DNA of 63,765 nt from an uncultured Thermotogae bacterium (GCA_964547105.1 CAZJLO010000001.1:6659-70423), one strand, 5' to 3'; numbered from the stretch's first letter, positions 1 through 9,702 are shown. The notes: a model not told the origin generated them from the letters alone. Program-made: numbers and translations.

Positions 1-215
1 GATGGCCGCAGCAGCCAGTGCTGACCGCCCGCAAGCGCGGCGATCAGCAAAGCGCTTCGAAGAAGCCTTCCGTCTCCCCGGCTGATCCGGTCGATCGCAT
101 CGCGAACGATCAGCGGCACGCCCATTCCCGCCGCGTCCACAACCACAAGTGCGAGAAGCCCGGCAAACACCCGGCGGCGGTAAGTCCAGATCAATCCCCA
201 CAGGCTTCTTGTCAT
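1..215 (-). CDS. ABC transporter permease/ATP-binding protein (ABCB/MdlA-like exporter), N-terminal part, runs off window edge
   Basis: Not in ORF track; translated by hand from ATG 215: MTRSLWGLIWTYRRRVFAGLLALVVVDAAGMGVPLIVRDAIDRISRG..., the usual first TM hairpin ('P.I...ID') of ABCB exporters. Confidence 0.65.
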   Translation of the reverse strand, partial: MTRSLWGLIWTYRRRVFAGLLALVVVDAAGMGVPLIVRDAIDRISRGDGRLLRSALLIAALAGGQHWLLRP

Positions 216-281
216 TCGCAATCAAGCCACAATCCTACCCTATCCTCAGAGGCATGCAATGCGCATGCGAAGCCAATCAAG

Positions 282-309
282 TTGTTGTGTCCCGTGACCT
301 CTGTATAAT
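282..309 (+). promoter_or_regulatory. Possible sigma70 promoter for the ABC importer operon
   Basis: Perfect TATAAT at 304-309; weak -35 (TTGTTG) 16 nt upstream; SD GAGGAG before ATG 351. Confidence 0.4.
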
Positions 310-350
310 CCTGCCATAACGACAGGTGTCGTGACGCGAGAGGAGACGCC

Positions 351-1376
351 ATGCCCCATGCTGGTCGTGTTTTCGTTGTTGCGTTGGTCGCCCTTCTTCT
401 TGCGGTCGCCGTTCCTGCGGCCGTTTGGGCCGCGGATTCCCCGGTACTCCGTATCAGTTTGCCCCCGCTTCTGAATAGCCTGCCGATCGCCTATGCGGAG
501 CAGTGGGGCCTGTTTGAGGAGCACGGCGTCATGGTAGAGCTGATCGGCATTACCGACAGCCAGGAGCGCAGCACGGCGCTTCTGACCGGCAACCTCGACG
601 CGGTCATGGAGGATCTCACACGAGCCATGCTCGACGCCAGCTCCGGTGGAGATCTGGTCATCACCGCTGCGGCGTATCAACAACCGGAGTGGGCGGACCG
701 TGAACTTGCCGTGTTGTCGCCGGCATCGTTCGGAATCGACTCGTTCGATGCCCTCGTTTCCTCCAACTACGCAATCGCCACGGTCTTCTGCAGCGATCAC
801 GAGTACATGCTCGATCAGCTCCTGCAAACCAGAAGCTACAGGCCGATGCGCGACATCTCCTACACGTACTGGACCGATCTGCTTCAGATGGCGGTTTGGG
901 TCGGCTCGCGGGCCTTGCCCGCCGCCGTTCTCCCCGAGCCGTACATTGCCTACATCGATACGTACGAACCGCTTCAGGGTACGGGGATCGACCTCATCCC
1001 GCTTGCCGATTTCTCGGGAATTGCCTCTCTGCCTAGCGTCGTCGTCTTTCGGAAGGACTACGTCGCCGCCCACCCCGAAGAAGTGGAGGCATTCCACCGT
1101 GCGTACGAGGAAGCCGTGCAGCGGATCAACGACTCGGAGAAGGATGAACTGATCGAGACAGGTCTCGCCGTCGTGTTGTCGCTGTTCTTCCAGGGCGCCG
1201 ATCCCGATCTGATCACCGAAGACGTTCTCGACGCCATCTCGATCCCAAAATACCAACTTCCCGTAGGATTGGACGAACAGCAATTCGACGCGGTCGCCAC
1301 GTGGATGCGCTCGCGCGGATACATCCGCAGCGCGCCGGCGCTCGATTCGCTGTTTGACGATCGGTTTCTCCCATGA
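351..1376 (+). CDS. ABC transporter substrate-binding protein, SsuA/THI5/NMT1-like
   Basis: Signal peptide; 'SLPIAYAEQWGLFEEHGVMVEL', 'ALLTGNLDA', 'AAVLPEPY' match the NitT/TauT-family SBP pattern; ATGA overlap with ATPase. Confidence 0.8.
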   Translation: MPHAGRVFVVALVALLLAVAVPAAVWAADSPVLRISLPPLLNSLPIAYAEQWGLFEEHGVMVELIGITDSQERSTALLTGNLDAVMEDLTRAMLDASSGGDLVITAAAYQQPEWADRELAVLSPASFGIDSFDALVSSNYAIATVFCSDHEYMLDQLLQTRSYRPMRDISYTYWTDLLQMAVWVGSRALPAAVLPEPYIAYIDTYEPLQGTGIDLIPLADFSGIASLPSVVVFRKDYVAAHPEEVEAFHRAYEEAVQRINDSEKDELIETGLAVVLSLFFQGADPDLITEDVLDAISIPKYQLPVGLDEQQFDAVATWMRSRGYIRSAPALDSLFDDRFLP

Positions 1377-2104
1377 TTCGGATTGATGATGTCTCGGTGG
1401 CGTACGGTCGCGGCCTCCGTCGCGTCCTCGCTGTTGACGGAGTCAGTCTGGAGGTGGAGCGGGGAAGTTCACTGGCGCTGATCGGCCCGTCCGGGTGCGG
1501 AAAGTCGACGTTGCTGTTCTCGATCGCTGGCTTGTTGGCTCCCTGCGACGGGTCGATATTGATCGACGGCCAAGTCGTGGCTAAGCCACGCCGCGATGTG
1601 GCGCTCATTCTCCAGAACGCCGGCCTTCTCCCATGGAAGACTGTGTGGCAGAACGCCAATCTCAGCCTGAGACTGGGGAAAGAGCCGCGCGAAAAGACGG
1701 CGGCCGATGTTCTTCGCGAACTTGGCCTCTACGATGTCCGGGATCGGTTTCCGTCCGAGCTGTCCGAAGGGATGAAGCGCCGGGTCGGCATCGCCCGAGC
1801 CCTGTCCACCTCCCCTTCGGTCATGTTGATGGACGAACCGCTTGCTTCGCTGGATACGCTCACTCGAGAGCGGATTCAGGATCTGTTCCTCCGCTTGTGG
1901 CACCGTCACGGATTCTCGCTGCTTGTCGTCACACACGATATCGAAGAAGCGGCATTCCTCGGGCAGAGAATCGTCGTCCTCAGCGACCGCCCGGCAACGG
2001 TGAAAGCGACGGTTGAGAACCCGGAGATGGGAGATCTTGCATTCCGACGCAGCGATGCGTTCTACGCTACGATGGCTGCACTGCGGGAGGCGTTGGAGCA
2101 ATGA
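1373..2104 (+). CDS. ABC transporter ATP-binding protein (NitT/TauT family)
   Basis: Walker A GPSGCGKS, signature LSEGM, Walker B LLMDEP-type (MLMDEP), VTHD switch. Confidence 0.92.
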   Translation: MIRIDDVSVAYGRGLRRVLAVDGVSLEVERGSSLALIGPSGCGKSTLLFSIAGLLAPCDGSILIDGQVVAKPRRDVALILQNAGLLPWKTVWQNANLSLRLGKEPREKTAADVLRELGLYDVRDRFPSELSEGMKRRVGIARALSTSPSVMLMDEPLASLDTLTRERIQDLFLRLWHRHGFSLLVVTHDIEEAAFLGQRIVVLSDRPATVKATVENPEMGDLAFRRSDAFYATMAALREALEQ

Positions 2105-2970
2105 GTGCAAATCGGCCCGGGTTCGACAAGCCGAATGCAGGATCAGGGTCGGGATCGGAACGGAGGCCCATGGAAGCAGGATGGTTCGATCGGCTTCGTC
2201 ATCAGGGAGCGATCCATCAGATCATTCGCTATGTGGTCAGCATCGTTCTGCTTCTCGCGTGTTGGGAGATCGCCAGCCTCATCATCACCGCGGTGAAGGG
2301 TCGGGCCCTGCTTCCCGATCCCTACCGCGCGATTTCCGAGGTGATCCGTCTTGCACCGATCCTGTTCCGGCATTTCTGGGTCAGTGCGTGGAGATTGGTG
2401 CTGGCGATGCTTCTCGCCTTCTCCGCCGGGTATCCCCTGGGCTTGCTGATCGGTCACGAAAGGAAGCTGGATGAGATCATCTCGCCAATCATCTACATCG
2501 TGTATCCAATTCCCCAGGTAGCGTTCATCCTACTGTTGTTCCTTGTCTTCGGAATCGGCAATCCGGTAAAGGTGGCAATTGTCGCCGTCGCCCTATTCTT
2601 CCAGATCCTCGTGTCGGCGCGCGGAGCGGCAAAGCTGATCGATCAGGAACACATTACCAGCGTCCTGTCCGCCGGGGCTTCTCGGTGGCAGATCTACCGC
2701 CACGTCGTGCTTCCGTCAACCCTGCCGTCAATTCTGACAAGCCTCCGCGTCAGTGTCGGATTGGGGATGGCCTTTCTGTACATCGCCGAGACAACGGCAA
2801 CGATGGCCCCAGGGCTCGGAAGTTTCGTCAAATCCAGTCAGTTCAACCAGGCACAAGCATTCGCCGGCATTCTGATGATGGCCTTTCTTGGGCTCCTTCT
2901 CTACATCGTGATCGATGTTCTCGAACGGGTGCTTTGTCGCTGGAAGTACGTTCGTCGCCGCGGAGGTTGA
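2101..2970 (+). CDS. ABC transporter permease (NitT/TauT family)
   Basis: Several TM helices, EAA-like loop 'SAGASRWQIYRHVVLPS'; coupled to ATPase by ATGA overlap (alternative start ATG 2170). Confidence 0.88.
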   Translation: MSANRPGFDKPNAGSGSGSERRPMEAGWFDRLRHQGAIHQIIRYVVSIVLLLACWEIASLIITAVKGRALLPDPYRAISEVIRLAPILFRHFWVSAWRLVLAMLLAFSAGYPLGLLIGHERKLDEIISPIIYIVYPIPQVAFILLLFLVFGIGNPVKVAIVAVALFFQILVSARGAAKLIDQEHITSVLSAGASRWQIYRHVVLPSTLPSILTSLRVSVGLGMAFLYIAETTATMAPGLGSFVKSSQFNQAQAFAGILMMAFLGLLLYIVIDVLERVLCRWKYVRRRGG

Positions 2971-3054
2971 TGGCAGTATGTGTCTCGGACTAGCATCGCA
3001 AGGGATCCGGAGACGAGGTCCGAATCAAGACCGTGATTCCAGGGGCAACATTCG

Positions 3055-3930
3055 ATGAACGGGCACAAGATGAGACTTCTTGTCGTCGCCAATACGCAAC
3101 GCAAAAGGGCTCTCCCCGCACTGACTGTTCTCAACGCGTGGTGTAGCGAGCACGGAATCGAACCCCACATCCTGACCGAGCCGGTCGCGGCAAACCGTGT
3201 TCCGGAGCATGCGTTGGTCATCGCCCTCGGAGGAGACGGCACGGTGCTGCGCGCCGCCGGGTATGTGGCCGATTCGGGGACACCGATTCTCGGTTCCAAC
3301 GTCGGCACACTCGGCTTTCTCACCCAGGTCGCTTCGGAATCGCTGATCCAGGCGCTGGAGGCTGTACTCGACGGCCGATACAGCATCGAGGAGCGAATGC
3401 GAATCGCCTACCGGGTTCGGGACGGAGCATTCTCGGGGACCGTGTTGAACGACGCTGTCGTCACCGGGGCGACGGAGTCGAGATTCTGCGAATTAGAGCT
3501 ATCTTGGCGTGATGGATCGGTAGCGACCTACCCGGGGGACGGGGTCGTTTTCTCGACCGCAACAGGCTCGACAGCCTACAGCCTGTCCGCGGGAGGCCCG
3601 ATCGTCGTTCCGCCGGCGGCGTGCATCCTTGCCACGCCGCTCGCTTCGCACAAACTTGGACTCCGCTCGATCCTCTTCCCTGCAGATGAGATTCTCGCCG
3701 TCCGCTGTCTCACGCCGGCGCGCCTCATCGCAGACGGCGACCCGATCTGTGACCTTCACCCCGGCGACCCGCTGACAATCATGCAGTCCTCGGTTCCGAC
3801 GCAGTTGGTCCGCATCGACAACGCCCCATCGTTCTTCCGCATCTTGACCGAAAAGCTCAACTGGGGAGACAGTGCGATGAGAGAGTGCGGACATCCGGAG
3901 GAGAGAGCTCAGTCAAACGACCCGGTATGA
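3055..3930 (+). CDS. nadK: NAD(+) kinase
   Basis: GGDGT motif, 'GTLGFL', 'LND', 'GDGVVFSTATGSTAYSLSAGGP'. Confidence 0.93.
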   Translation: MNGHKMRLLVVANTQRKRALPALTVLNAWCSEHGIEPHILTEPVAANRVPEHALVIALGGDGTVLRAAGYVADSGTPILGSNVGTLGFLTQVASESLIQALEAVLDGRYSIEERMRIAYRVRDGAFSGTVLNDAVVTGATESRFCELELSWRDGSVATYPGDGVVFSTATGSTAYSLSAGGPIVVPPAACILATPLASHKLGLRSILFPADEILAVRCLTPARLIADGDPICDLHPGDPLTIMQSSVPTQLVRIDNAPSFFRILTEKLNWGDSAMRECGHPEERAQSNDPV

Positions 3931-3998
3931 GAAGGCTCGGCAAACCCAACCCCTGCGCGCCGGCAGGGCCGGCCACGACAACCTAGGAGACTTGGAAG

Positions 3999-4919
3999 AT
4001 GGACATCACAGCACAACGACTTGACGGCATCTTTCCGCCAATCCCGACGCCGTTTGATTCCGCTCACGAGTTCGCACCGGATCCGCTGGCGCAAAACATC
4101 GCGTGGTGGATACGTCAAGGGGTCCAGGGGATCGTCGTGCTTGGGTCAAACGGAGAAGCAATCCACCTAACCGACACCGAGCGGACAGCCGTTGTCTCCG
4201 CGGCACGATCCGCTCTCGGCGATGGGCAGCTGCTTGTCGCGGGAACAGGTGCTTTGTCCACCCGCCACACGATCGCTCTCACCGCCGCCGCCGCCGCCGC
4301 CGGTGCCGATGCCGTCCTTGTTCTGCCGCCGTTCTACTACCGCACCCAGATGACGGATCAAGCGATCGTCCGCCACTTCCGCGCCGTCGCCGACGCATCG
4401 CCGGTGCCGGTTTTGCTCTACAACATGCCACGATGCACGGGAATCGACCTTTCGCTCGACTTGGTGTCGGCCCTCGCCGAGCACGAGAACATCTGGGGGA
4501 TGAAGGAGTCCGGCGGGAATTTGGCCAAGTTGGCGTCAATCCGCGCGGCAACATCGCCGTCTTTTCGCCTTCTCGCCGGCTCCGCCGGGTTCCTGCTGCC
4601 ATCCCTTACCGTCGGTGCCACCGGAGGAATCATCGCCCTCGCCAACCTCGCTCCGGCGAAGTGTGTCGCGTTGTACCGTCATGGCATCAAGGGAGACATC
4701 GATCCCGCAAGGCGTCTTCAGCTCGCGCTCACGCCGCTGAATACGGCGGTGACTTCCCGGTGGGGCGTTCCGGCACTCAAAGCATCGCTCGATCTCCTTG
4801 GTCTCTACGGCGGACCCGTTCGCTTGCCGCTTCTTCCTGCAACGACCGCCCAGATTGAAACACTCCGTCCATTGCTCGTTCAAGCTGGTCTCGTGACCGC
4901 AGAGGAAAGGATCCCCTAA
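3999..4919 (+). CDS. DHDPS-family aldolase, 4-hydroxy-2-oxoglutarate aldolase (HOGA)-like
   Basis: GIFPPIPTPF, GSNGE (instead of DapA GTTGE), catalytic Tyr (LYNMP), Schiff-base Lys (GMKESGG), 'LAGSAGFLLP' as in HOGA1. Confidence 0.8.
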   Translation: MDITAQRLDGIFPPIPTPFDSAHEFAPDPLAQNIAWWIRQGVQGIVVLGSNGEAIHLTDTERTAVVSAARSALGDGQLLVAGTGALSTRHTIALTAAAAAAGADAVLVLPPFYYRTQMTDQAIVRHFRAVADASPVPVLLYNMPRCTGIDLSLDLVSALAEHENIWGMKESGGNLAKLASIRAATSPSFRLLAGSAGFLLPSLTVGATGGIIALANLAPAKCVALYRHGIKGDIDPARRLQLALTPLNTAVTSRWGVPALKASLDLLGLYGGPVRLPLLPATTAQIETLRPLLVQAGLVTAEERIP

Positions 4920-6100
4920 TGCACAGAAAAGGCCGATCACTGCTGATGATTCCCGGACCGATCGAATTCGAGCCCGAAGTCCTTCAAGCTCTGGGCGCGC
5001 CCACGACAAGCCATGTCTCCCCAGGGTTTATCGGAACGTTCGGTCGCGTCCTCGAGCAAATGAGAGATGTATGGGTCTCCCCTTCCGGCCAGCCGTTCGT
5101 GTTGGCCGGTTCAGGAACGCTGGCCATGGATATGGCCGGAGCCAACCTCATCGAGCCGGGCGATCGCGCACTGGTGCTCGTCACCGGTGTGTTCGGCGAG
5201 CGGTTCGTCGATCTTCTTGGGCGATACGGCGCCGACGTCACCGCGCTCCGGGCGCCGGTTGGCGAAGCGGTTGAGATGAGCGAGGTGGAGGCCGCGTTGG
5301 CCGCGGCGTCCTACAAGGTGATGACGCTCACGCATGTCGATACGTCAACCGGTGTCCGCAGCGATGCCCGCGCGTTCGGAGACCTCGGACGGAAGCACGG
5401 CGTCCTCACCGTGTTGGATGGGGTTTGCTCGGTGGCGGGTGAAAAGATCCTTCAGGAGGAATGGGGAATCGATGTCGTTCTGACAGCATCGCAGAAGGCA
5501 ATCGGCGTCCCCCCGGGGCTGGCGCTGCTCGTCGCTTCGCCGAAGGCAATGGATGCGTTCCGGAACCGCACCACCCAAGTGGCCAACTACTACGCCGACT
5601 GGGCGAAGTGGCTGCCGATCATGATGGCGTATGAAAAGCGTACGCCAAGCTACTTCGGAACACCACCGGTGAATCTGATCGCAGCGCTCGCCGTCAGTCT
5701 CGATCAGATCCTTGATGAGGGGATGGAGCTACGGTTCGAACGGCACCGCCGCCTTGCCCACGCGTTTCAGATCGGTGTTGAAGCGCTGGGCTTGAACCAT
5801 GTCCCGTTGTCCGCGCGGGATCGAGCCGTCACCCTGTCTGCGATGTACATCCCCGAATCGGCGGATGGTGCATCGTTGCGCTCCGACATGGCTCGCCAGG
5901 GAATCATCGTCGCCGGCGGTCTCCATCCGGAGATCCGCGAGAGGACCATTCGTGTCGGCCATATGGGAGCGGTCGATTCCGCGGACATCCTCGGAACACT
6001 GGGCGCTTTGGAGCACGCACTTGTCGCAATGGGAGTTGCGATCCAGCCTGGAGCCGGGGTGCTTGCGGGGCAACAGGCGCTGGCGCCTTGCTGCAGTTAG
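4919..6100 (+). CDS. Class-V PLP aminotransferase, alanine:glyoxylate / serine:pyruvate aminotransferase family
   Basis: LLMIPGP start, SGT motif, HVDTSTG, DGVCS, PLP Lys in ASQKAIG, RVGHMG; TAATG overlap with the aldolase. Confidence 0.88.
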   Translation: MHRKGRSLLMIPGPIEFEPEVLQALGAPTTSHVSPGFIGTFGRVLEQMRDVWVSPSGQPFVLAGSGTLAMDMAGANLIEPGDRALVLVTGVFGERFVDLLGRYGADVTALRAPVGEAVEMSEVEAALAAASYKVMTLTHVDTSTGVRSDARAFGDLGRKHGVLTVLDGVCSVAGEKILQEEWGIDVVLTASQKAIGVPPGLALLVASPKAMDAFRNRTTQVANYYADWAKWLPIMMAYEKRTPSYFGTPPVNLIAALAVSLDQILDEGMELRFERHRRLAHAFQIGVEALGLNHVPLSARDRAVTLSAMYIPESADGASLRSDMARQGIIVAGGLHPEIRERTIRVGHMGAVDSADILGTLGALEHALVAMGVAIQPGAGVLAGQQALAPCCS

Positions 6101-6102
6101 GA

Positions 6103-6132
6103 TTGACGGACTCCGCTTCGTTGTCCTAGGAT
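6103..6132 (+). promoter_or_regulatory. Candidate sigma70 promoter placing the TSS at the ATG of the first GGT (leaderless)
   Basis: TTGACG-18 nt-TAGGAT, then 6 nt to ATG 6139; no SD. Confidence 0.5.
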
Positions 6133-6138
6133 GTGCTC

Positions 6139-7887
6139 ATGGCTAGTCGGCGGTGGCTGCTCGTGTGCTTCGCGTTTGCGTTTTCATGTCTGCTGCTGTC
6201 CGCGACAGGCACAGCGTCGTCTTCATCAGGTGACACCGCTCCCGAATCGGTGACGTTCACTTCGGGGCAGGTTGTTCGCGTTGAGCACAGCGCAGTTGCT
6301 GCCGCTCATCCGGAAGCGTCCGCCGCAGGGATCGAGATTCTGATGCACGGCGGGAACGCCGTCGATGCGGCAATTGCCACAGCATTTGCGCTTGCCGTGG
6401 TGGAACCGGAGGCATCAGGGCTCGGCGGTGGAGGCTTTATGGTCATCTACGATGCGGCAACCGGAATGTCCACGGCCGTCAATTATCGCGAAACGGCACC
6501 TGGGGCGACGATCGAGACAATGTTTTCCATCGGCGGCAACGGCTTCCCCGGCCTATGGGACGCCCCTTCCGATACGATCGAACAAGCCCAGCGGATGAGG
6601 TATGGCGGTGCAGCCGTCGGCGTTCCGAGAACCGTTGCCGGGCTCCTTGCAGCCCACGACGCGTACGGCCGCCTCCCTCGCTCCGCCGTGTTGGCCCCGG
6701 CAATTCGGCTTGCCCAAGAGGGATTCACCGTAAGCAAGACGCTGTACGCCGCAATCCTCAATATCTACGACATCCTGCTTTCCGAGGAGATCCTCGCCGC
6801 CGTGTTTCTCAACGATTACCTGCCGTACGAGCCGGGGGAGAAGATGCCAAGGCCGGACCTCGGCGCGACGCTCGAGCGCATTTCCGCGGAAGGAGCCGCC
6901 GTCTTTTACTCCGGAGACATGGGGATCGCGATTGCCGATGCCGTGCAGCAGGCGGGGGGGATGCTCACTGCCGAGGATTTGGAGACGGTCGTGGTCGATG
7001 TGGAGCGACCGATCTCAACGACGTATGGCGGAATGACGTTGATCGGCGCCGGTCTCCCGGCGGGGACGCTGTCCGTGTTCGAGACGCTCCAGATCCTGTC
7101 CTTCTTGGACTTGAGTTCCGCTTCGCCGGGAAACGCCCCGGCGATTCACCAGATCGTCGAGGCGACGAAGCTCGCGTTTTCCGACCGCTTTGCCTTCCTC
7201 GGCGATCCGGCGTTTGTCGATGTGCCGGTGGATCTTCTCCTATCTTCGGAGTGGGCCGTCGAGCGGGCTGGCCGGATCGATCCGTTCCATGCGACGCTCG
7301 ATCCGCCATTCGGAACATGGGATCCGGGGAGCACAACGCATGTGTCGGTCGTGGACGGCGAAGGCAATGCAGTGTCGCTCACCCAGTCGATCGGTTCGTT
7401 CTTCGGTTCGCGCGTCTTTGTCCCCGAACTGGGGATTCTGATGAACAACACCATGGCTGATTTCGATCCGGTTCCGGGCCGGGCCAACAGCGTTGCTCCG
7501 GGCAAGGCTCCGTTGAGCAGCATGTCCCCGCTCCTCGTGTTCGACGGGGGAGATCTCCGTTTCGCTCTCGGCACACCCGGAGGGACAAGGATTACGAGCA
7601 CGATGGTGCAGTTGATCGTCGATCTGGTGGATTGGGATCTCTCACCGGAAGTTGCGGTCAGCCAACCACGGTTCCACAGCACCGGCAGGACGGTCGAACT
7701 GGAGTCGCCCGTCCCGCAAACCGTCATCGGAGACCTGATAGATCTCGGCCATCCAGTCGAAATCAGGAATGAGCTTGACCTCTACTTCGGCGGAGTTCAG
7801 CTCGTGGAGGTTGTGAACTCGGAAGAAGGTCGGCAGTTGGTCGGCATCGCCGATCCACGACGCGCGGGCCGCGCCGCCGGCTACTGA
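6139..7887 (+). CDS. ggt: Gamma-glutamyltransferase (exported), copy 1
   Basis: Signal peptide; [19 protein letters not shown]; nucleophile in GSTTHVS; SSMSP and GTPGG oxyanion motifs; DPRR at C-terminus. ORF-track start 6133 is GTG. Confidence 0.93.
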   Translation: MASRRWLLVCFAFAFSCLLLSATGTASSSSGDTAPESVTFTSGQVVRVEHSAVAAAHPEASAAGIEILMHGGNAVDAAIATAFALAVVEPEASGLGGGGFMVIYDAATGMSTAVNYRETAPGATIETMFSIGGNGFPGLWDAPSDTIEQAQRMRYGGAAVGVPRTVAGLLAAHDAYGRLPRSAVLAPAIRLAQEGFTVSKTLYAAILNIYDILLSEEILAAVFLNDYLPYEPGEKMPRPDLGATLERISAEGAAVFYSGDMGIAIADAVQQAGGMLTAEDLETVVVDVERPISTTYGGMTLIGAGLPAGTLSVFETLQILSFLDLSSASPGNAPAIHQIVEATKLAFSDRFAFLGDPAFVDVPVDLLLSSEWAVERAGRIDPFHATLDPPFGTWDPGSTTHVSVVDGEGNAVSLTQSIGSFFGSRVFVPELGILMNNTMADFDPVPGRANSVAPGKAPLSSMSPLLVFDGGDLRFALGTPGGTRITSTMVQLIVDLVDWDLSPEVAVSQPRFHSTGRTVELESPVPQTVIGDLIDLGHPVEIRNELDLYFGGVQLVEVVNSEEGRQLVGIADPRRAGRAAGY

Positions 7888-7995
7888 TGACGGCCTTGAT
7901 GGGAGGCCGTGCTGGATGAGCAGGGAAAGAGTCTGCCACAAGATGTCCGTTCGCATCCGATCGGTTCAAGCGGACGGGCCGTAAAGGAGGTTTGT

Positions 7996-9702
7996 ATGCG
8001 TAGTCGCATGAAGTATCGGGGCATCGCTTCCGTTCTCGTTCTTGTCGTCGGTCTGTTCGCATGGACGGCAATGGCGGAGCAAGTTGCCACAAGCACGGAA
8101 GGCATGGTGGCGACCGCTCACGAATTGGCGGCGGAAGCCGGAGCGGAGATTCTGGCAATGGGCGGGAACGCGATTGACGCCGCGGTGGCGGCGGCGTTCG
8201 CGATCACTGTTGTGGAACCGAATGCATCAAGCCTCGGCGGGGAAGGCTACATGGTGATTAGTCTCGCGGACGGCCGCGATCTGGCGATCGACTACAGATC
8301 CACCGCTCCGGGACACATTACCTACGAAGACGACAACGATGAGCCGCGCTACGGCGCCGAAGCAACGTGCGTTCCAGGTGTTGTCGCGGGATTGACTCTC
8401 GCCCTTGAGGAGTATGGAACCATGACGTTGGCTGAGGTGATGGCCCCGGCGATCCGGCTCGCCCGAGACGGATTCCCGTTGGATCAGGTCCTCTACGACA
8501 ACCTCTCCAACCTCTACGGCTACACCGACAGCGGAACCGATCCGATCGTCGGCCCGGTGTATTTCCCGGATGGGTTCATTCCCGATGTCGGTTCCGTGCT
8601 TGTCCAGGAAGACTTGGCGCACGCGCTTGCGTTGATCGCGAGCGAAGGGCCATCCGTGTTCTATCGCGGCGAGATTGCTCTCGCCATCGAGGAGACCACG
8701 GATGGATTCTTGCGCTATGAGGACCTGCAGCGCTATCAGGCAGTCATTCGCGACCCCGTGATCAGTGAGTACCGGGGGTACGAAGTGATCGGAACCCCGC
8801 CGAATGTCGCTGGCATCACGGTGGCCGAAGCCCTCAACATCCTCGACAACTTCGATCTGTCCCCGTTCACTTGGGACAACACAACAGCGATCCATATCAT
8901 TGCCGAAGCGCTGAAGCTGGCATCGGCCGATCGATTGCCGTATGTCGGAGATCCTGATTTCTACGATGTTCCATTGGAGGGACTGCTTTCGGAGGAATAC
9001 GCGGCTGCACGAGCGTCGCTGATCAGCCTTGACAGCGCGATCATGCCGACCAACTCCACCCCGAAAGGCAATCCATACCTGTACATGGCAGTTGGTGAGC
9101 CCGTCGCCGTGGAAGATGAGGTCTACTCGCCATCGACCACACAACTCAGCATTCTTGACCGCGATGGAAATGCGGTCAGCATTACGCAGACCCTTTCCAG
9201 CTTCTGGGGATCACGTTTGATGGTTCCCGGATACGGATTCTTCATCAACGACGAACTCCACAATTTCAATGATTACAACCCGGACAATCTTGCCGACGTC
9301 AACGTTCACCAGCCGTTCAAGCGGCCGCGTACGGTGATTGCACCGACCATCGTCCGCGACCCGGCAGGCGAGGTGTTCATGGTGGTCGGAACACCTGGAG
9401 CTGGATATATCCCGTCCTCGGTTGTGGAAACAATCGTCAATGTCATCGATTTCGGGATGACGCTTGAAGACGCAATCCGGACCCCAAAATTCTGCAGCCG
9501 GGTGTCGTATAGGGAGCTGCGGATGGAGGGAGGATATCCTCAGGACACTCTGGATGCCCTCGCCGCCTTGGGACACAACGTCAGAGCTGATTACGGCCAA
9601 CTCGTTTCGACGTTTGGCGGCATCAACGCCATCCTCGTCGAGGACGGGGTGATGACGGGCGTGGGGTCGTTCCGCCGCGATGGTGGCGCAGCGAGCCCCT
9701 AA
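7996..9702 (+). CDS. Gamma-glutamyltransferase family protein (exported), copy 2, divergent active site
   Basis: SD AAGGAGG before ATG 7996; signal peptide; GGNAIDAA, SSLGGEG, DYR; nucleophile in PSTTQLS; KRPRTVIAP and GTPGA replace SSM and PGG. Confidence 0.88.
   Translation: MRSRMKYRGIASVLVLVVGLFAWTAMAEQVATSTEGMVATAHELAAEAGAEILAMGGNAIDAAVAAAFAITVVEPNASSLGGEGYMVISLADGRDLAIDYRSTAPGHITYEDDNDEPRYGAEATCVPGVVAGLTLALEEYGTMTLAEVMAPAIRLARDGFPLDQVLYDNLSNLYGYTDSGTDPIVGPVYFPDGFIPDVGSVLVQEDLAHALALIASEGPSVFYRGEIALAIEETTDGFLRYEDLQRYQAVIRDPVISEYRGYEVIGTPPNVAGITVAEALNILDNFDLSPFTWDNTTAIHIIAEALKLASADRLPYVGDPDFYDVPLEGLLSEEYAAARASLISLDSAIMPTNSTPKGNPYLYMAVGEPVAVEDEVYSPSTTQLSILDRDGNAVSITQTLSSFWGSRLMVPGYGFFINDELHNFNDYNPDNLADVNVHQPFKRPRTVIAPTIVRDPAGEVFMVVGTPGAGYIPSSVVETIVNVIDFGMTLEDAIRTPKFCSRVSYRELRMEGGYPQDTLDALAALGHNVRADYGQLVSTFGGINAILVEDGVMTGVGSFRRDGGAASP

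Noticed and set aside
246-1283. 345-aa minus-strand ORF, and the many similar long antisense ORFs (e.g. 8227-9144, 37043-38071, 47500-48477, 57131-58231)
   Set aside because: Shadow frames of well-supported genes in GC-rich DNA; no motifs and no SD
4282-4301. (GCC)n run in the aldolase gene
   Set aside because: Encodes the ordinary Ala-rich helix before GADA in DHDPS-family proteins
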